The notes under the pieces are model-generated. The model was given only the letters and a program-made list of their open reading frames with translations. It was not told the DNA's origin and did not search any database. A stretch of DNA of 64,000 nucleotides from a bacterium. GTDB lineage: Bacteria > Sumerlaeota > Sumerlaeia > SLMS01 > JAHLLQ01. The translations under genes were made by a program, and so were the position numbers. The stretch is taken from NCBI GenBank assembly GCA_020444065.1, contig JAHLLQ010000010.1:11677-75676 (forward strand). The letters are read 5' to 3'. Shown here in pieces: positions 62,516 through 64,000 of the stretch; the stretch's first letter is position 1; every line of letters begins with the position of its first letter.

Positions 62516-64000
62516 TTGACGAATCAAGACACCAGTTCCGAATCGCCCGTGGAGGCGGCCGCGCCGTCGGTCGATGGGGGCGGTGTGCTTGCCGACGAGG
62601 GCTTGAAGCTGTCGGGCAGGAGCCGGACGTTTCTGCTGGTGGCGGTTGCGTTGGTGATCGCGGCGCAGGTAATTATCCGCAATGCCTGGCTGAGCGACGA
62701 TGCGTTTATCACGTGCCGGACGATCGACAATTTCCTGCACGGCTGGGGGCTGCGTTGGAATGTCGGCGAGCGCGTGCAGTCGTACACGCATCCGTTGTGG
62801 ATGTTCGTGAATCTGTGCGCGGTATGGGTGACGAGCGAGTATTTCTATACGCTGCTGGCGACGTGCCTGGTTTGTTCGTTGGGGGGGGTGACGATTCTGT
62901 TTCGCGACGCGGCACGTTCGGTGTCGGCGCTTGTGTTTGCTTTGATGGCGGTCGTGATGTCGAAGGCGTTCGTGGATTATTCCACGAGCGGTCTGGAGAA
63001 TCCGCTATCGCACTTGCTGTTGGTTGTGCTTCTTCATTTCCATCTAAAGAAGTCGGTTTCGACGCGGCAGTTCGCCGTGGCGTGCCTGGTGGGTTGTTTG
63101 ATTGTGTTGAACCGGATGGATCTGGCAGTGATCGTCGGTCCGATCATTCTGGCGATGTTCTGGCCGGGGCGTTCGTGGCGTTGGGTGGGGATTGCGTTGC
63201 TGGCGGGGTTGCCGTTTCTGGCGTGGGAGATTTTTTCGATTGTCTACTATGGGTTTCCTTTTCCGAACACGGCGTACGCGAAGATCGGATCGGGTTTTCC
63301 GAAGTCGTGGGTGGCGTTTCAGTCGCTTTTCTATTTCGTGAATTCGATCGAGGTCGATCCGGTGACGTTGTGCGTGACGATCGCGGCGCTGGTGGCAGCC
63401 GCGACGGTGCGGACGCGACAGAATATTGCGATGGCGATCGGGATTCTGCTGTACTTGTTGTACGTGGTGCGGATCGGCGGCGGTTTCATGTCTGGCCGGT
63501 TCTTTGCCGCGCCGTTCCTGGTGGCGGTTGTGATGATCACGTACCTGATTCGCGATCACTGGAAGTCTTGGATTCCGGCGGCCGCGGTGCTGGGGTTGGG
63601 GCTGTGCGCGCCGGTGCCGCCTCCGATGTTGAATTCGGAAAACGCAGATTGGAAGCATGAGTTCGAAAACGGCATCGCGGACGAGCAAGGCGTTTATCTG
63701 CCGACGCAGGGGCTGGTGACGGCGCAGCGATCGCGCGAGATGCCCGCGACGTTGCGGAGGGAGTTAGGGCTTGTGAAGCGGGATGAAGGACCGGCCATTC
63801 TCTATCATCCAAGTGTTGGGATCCTGGGGCTGTATGCCGGCCCCGAGGTTCATATCGTCGATCGCTATGCCTTGTGCGATCCGCTGCTTGCGCGTCTGCC
63901 CGCGGAGTATGAGGCCGATTGGCGCCCCGGTCACATGATTCGCGAAATGCCGTGGGGGTACTACGACAGTATCCGAACCGGGAAGAATGTGATTCAGGAC
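62516..64000 (+). CDS. AftB-like GT-C membrane glycosyltransferase, 3' truncated
   Basis: Frame 2 from TTG 62516 (RBS gaggga) reads RNAWLSDDAFITCRTIDNFLHGWGLRWNVGERVQSYTHPLWM, STSGLENPL, YYGFPFPNTAYAK and DRYALCDPLLARLP...WRPGH. It is open to the window end and absent from the ORF track. Confidence 0.8.
   Translation, partial: MTNQDTSSESPVEAAAPSVDGGGVLADEGLKLSGRSRTFLLVAVALVIAAQVIIRNAWLSDDAFITCRTIDNFLHGWGLRWNVGERVQSYTHPLWMFVNLCAVWVTSEYFYTLLATCLVCSLGGVTILFRDAARSVSALVFALMAVVMSKAFVDYSTSGLENPLSHLLLVVLLHFHLKKSVSTRQFAVACLVGCLIVLNRMDLAVIVGPIILAMFWPGRSWRWVGIALLAGLPFLAWEIFSIVYYGFPFPNTAYAKIGSGFPKSWVAFQSLFYFVNSIEVDPVTLCVTIAALVAAATVRTRQNIAMAIGILLYLLYVVRIGGGFMSGRFFAAPFLVAVVMITYLIRDHWKSWIPAAAVLGLGLCAPVPPPMLNSENADWKHEFENGIADEQGVYLPTQGLVTAQRSREMPATLRRELGLVKRDEGPAILYHPSVGILGLYAGPEVHIVDRYALCDPLLARLPAEYEADWRPGHMIREMPWGYYDSIRTGKNVIQD

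Noticed and set aside
62452..63660. 402-aa plus-strand ORF
   Set aside because: It is in the wrong frame. The overlapping frame-2 ORF carries the recognisable GT-C motifs.

Overview
High-GC chromosomal window from a diderm bacterium (it carries lpxD). The FTLIELL-PNFLEAQTRSKVSR pilin-like gene and short Trp-containing C-terminal tails suggest Candidatus Sumerlaeota/BRC1, which is an inference only. From left to right: (1) a low-GC three-gene insert (sce7726-like nuclease, sce7725-like protein, RES-domain protein) that looks like an uncharacterised defence or toxin module; (2) housekeeping and envelope genes (lpxD, moaE, CHASE2 cyclase, rluD, GH113, LysM lipoprotein, proC, trkH, trkA, WcaJ-like transferase, orphan BMC shell gene, UbiA/MqnP, folC, rlmN, PrsW); (3) an intergenic region with the layout of oriC (DnaA boxes, GGCCC, DnaA-trios, AT-rich tract), with no dnaA/dnaN in the window and no visible GC-skew switch, beside a 213-bp tandem array of REP-like palindromes; (4) uvrD/pcrA and tricorn protease; (5) a LacI-controlled alpha-glucan (dextran-like) locus led by a pilin-like gene, with a GH125-like enzyme, an ABC transporter, a non-catalytic CBM protein and two GH66-like enzymes, whose AAGCGCTT operators are visible in the DNA, plus a nearby GH31; (6) a divergent lysyl-endopeptidase/GH81 pair with a different operator motif; (7) an arsR-arsC-arsM-acr3 operon; (8) low-GC hypothetical genes and a truncated AftB-like GT-C gene missed by the ORF track. 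No rRNA, tRNA, CRISPR array, integrase or transposase was recognised. All family calls come from recognising motifs by eye, not from database searches.
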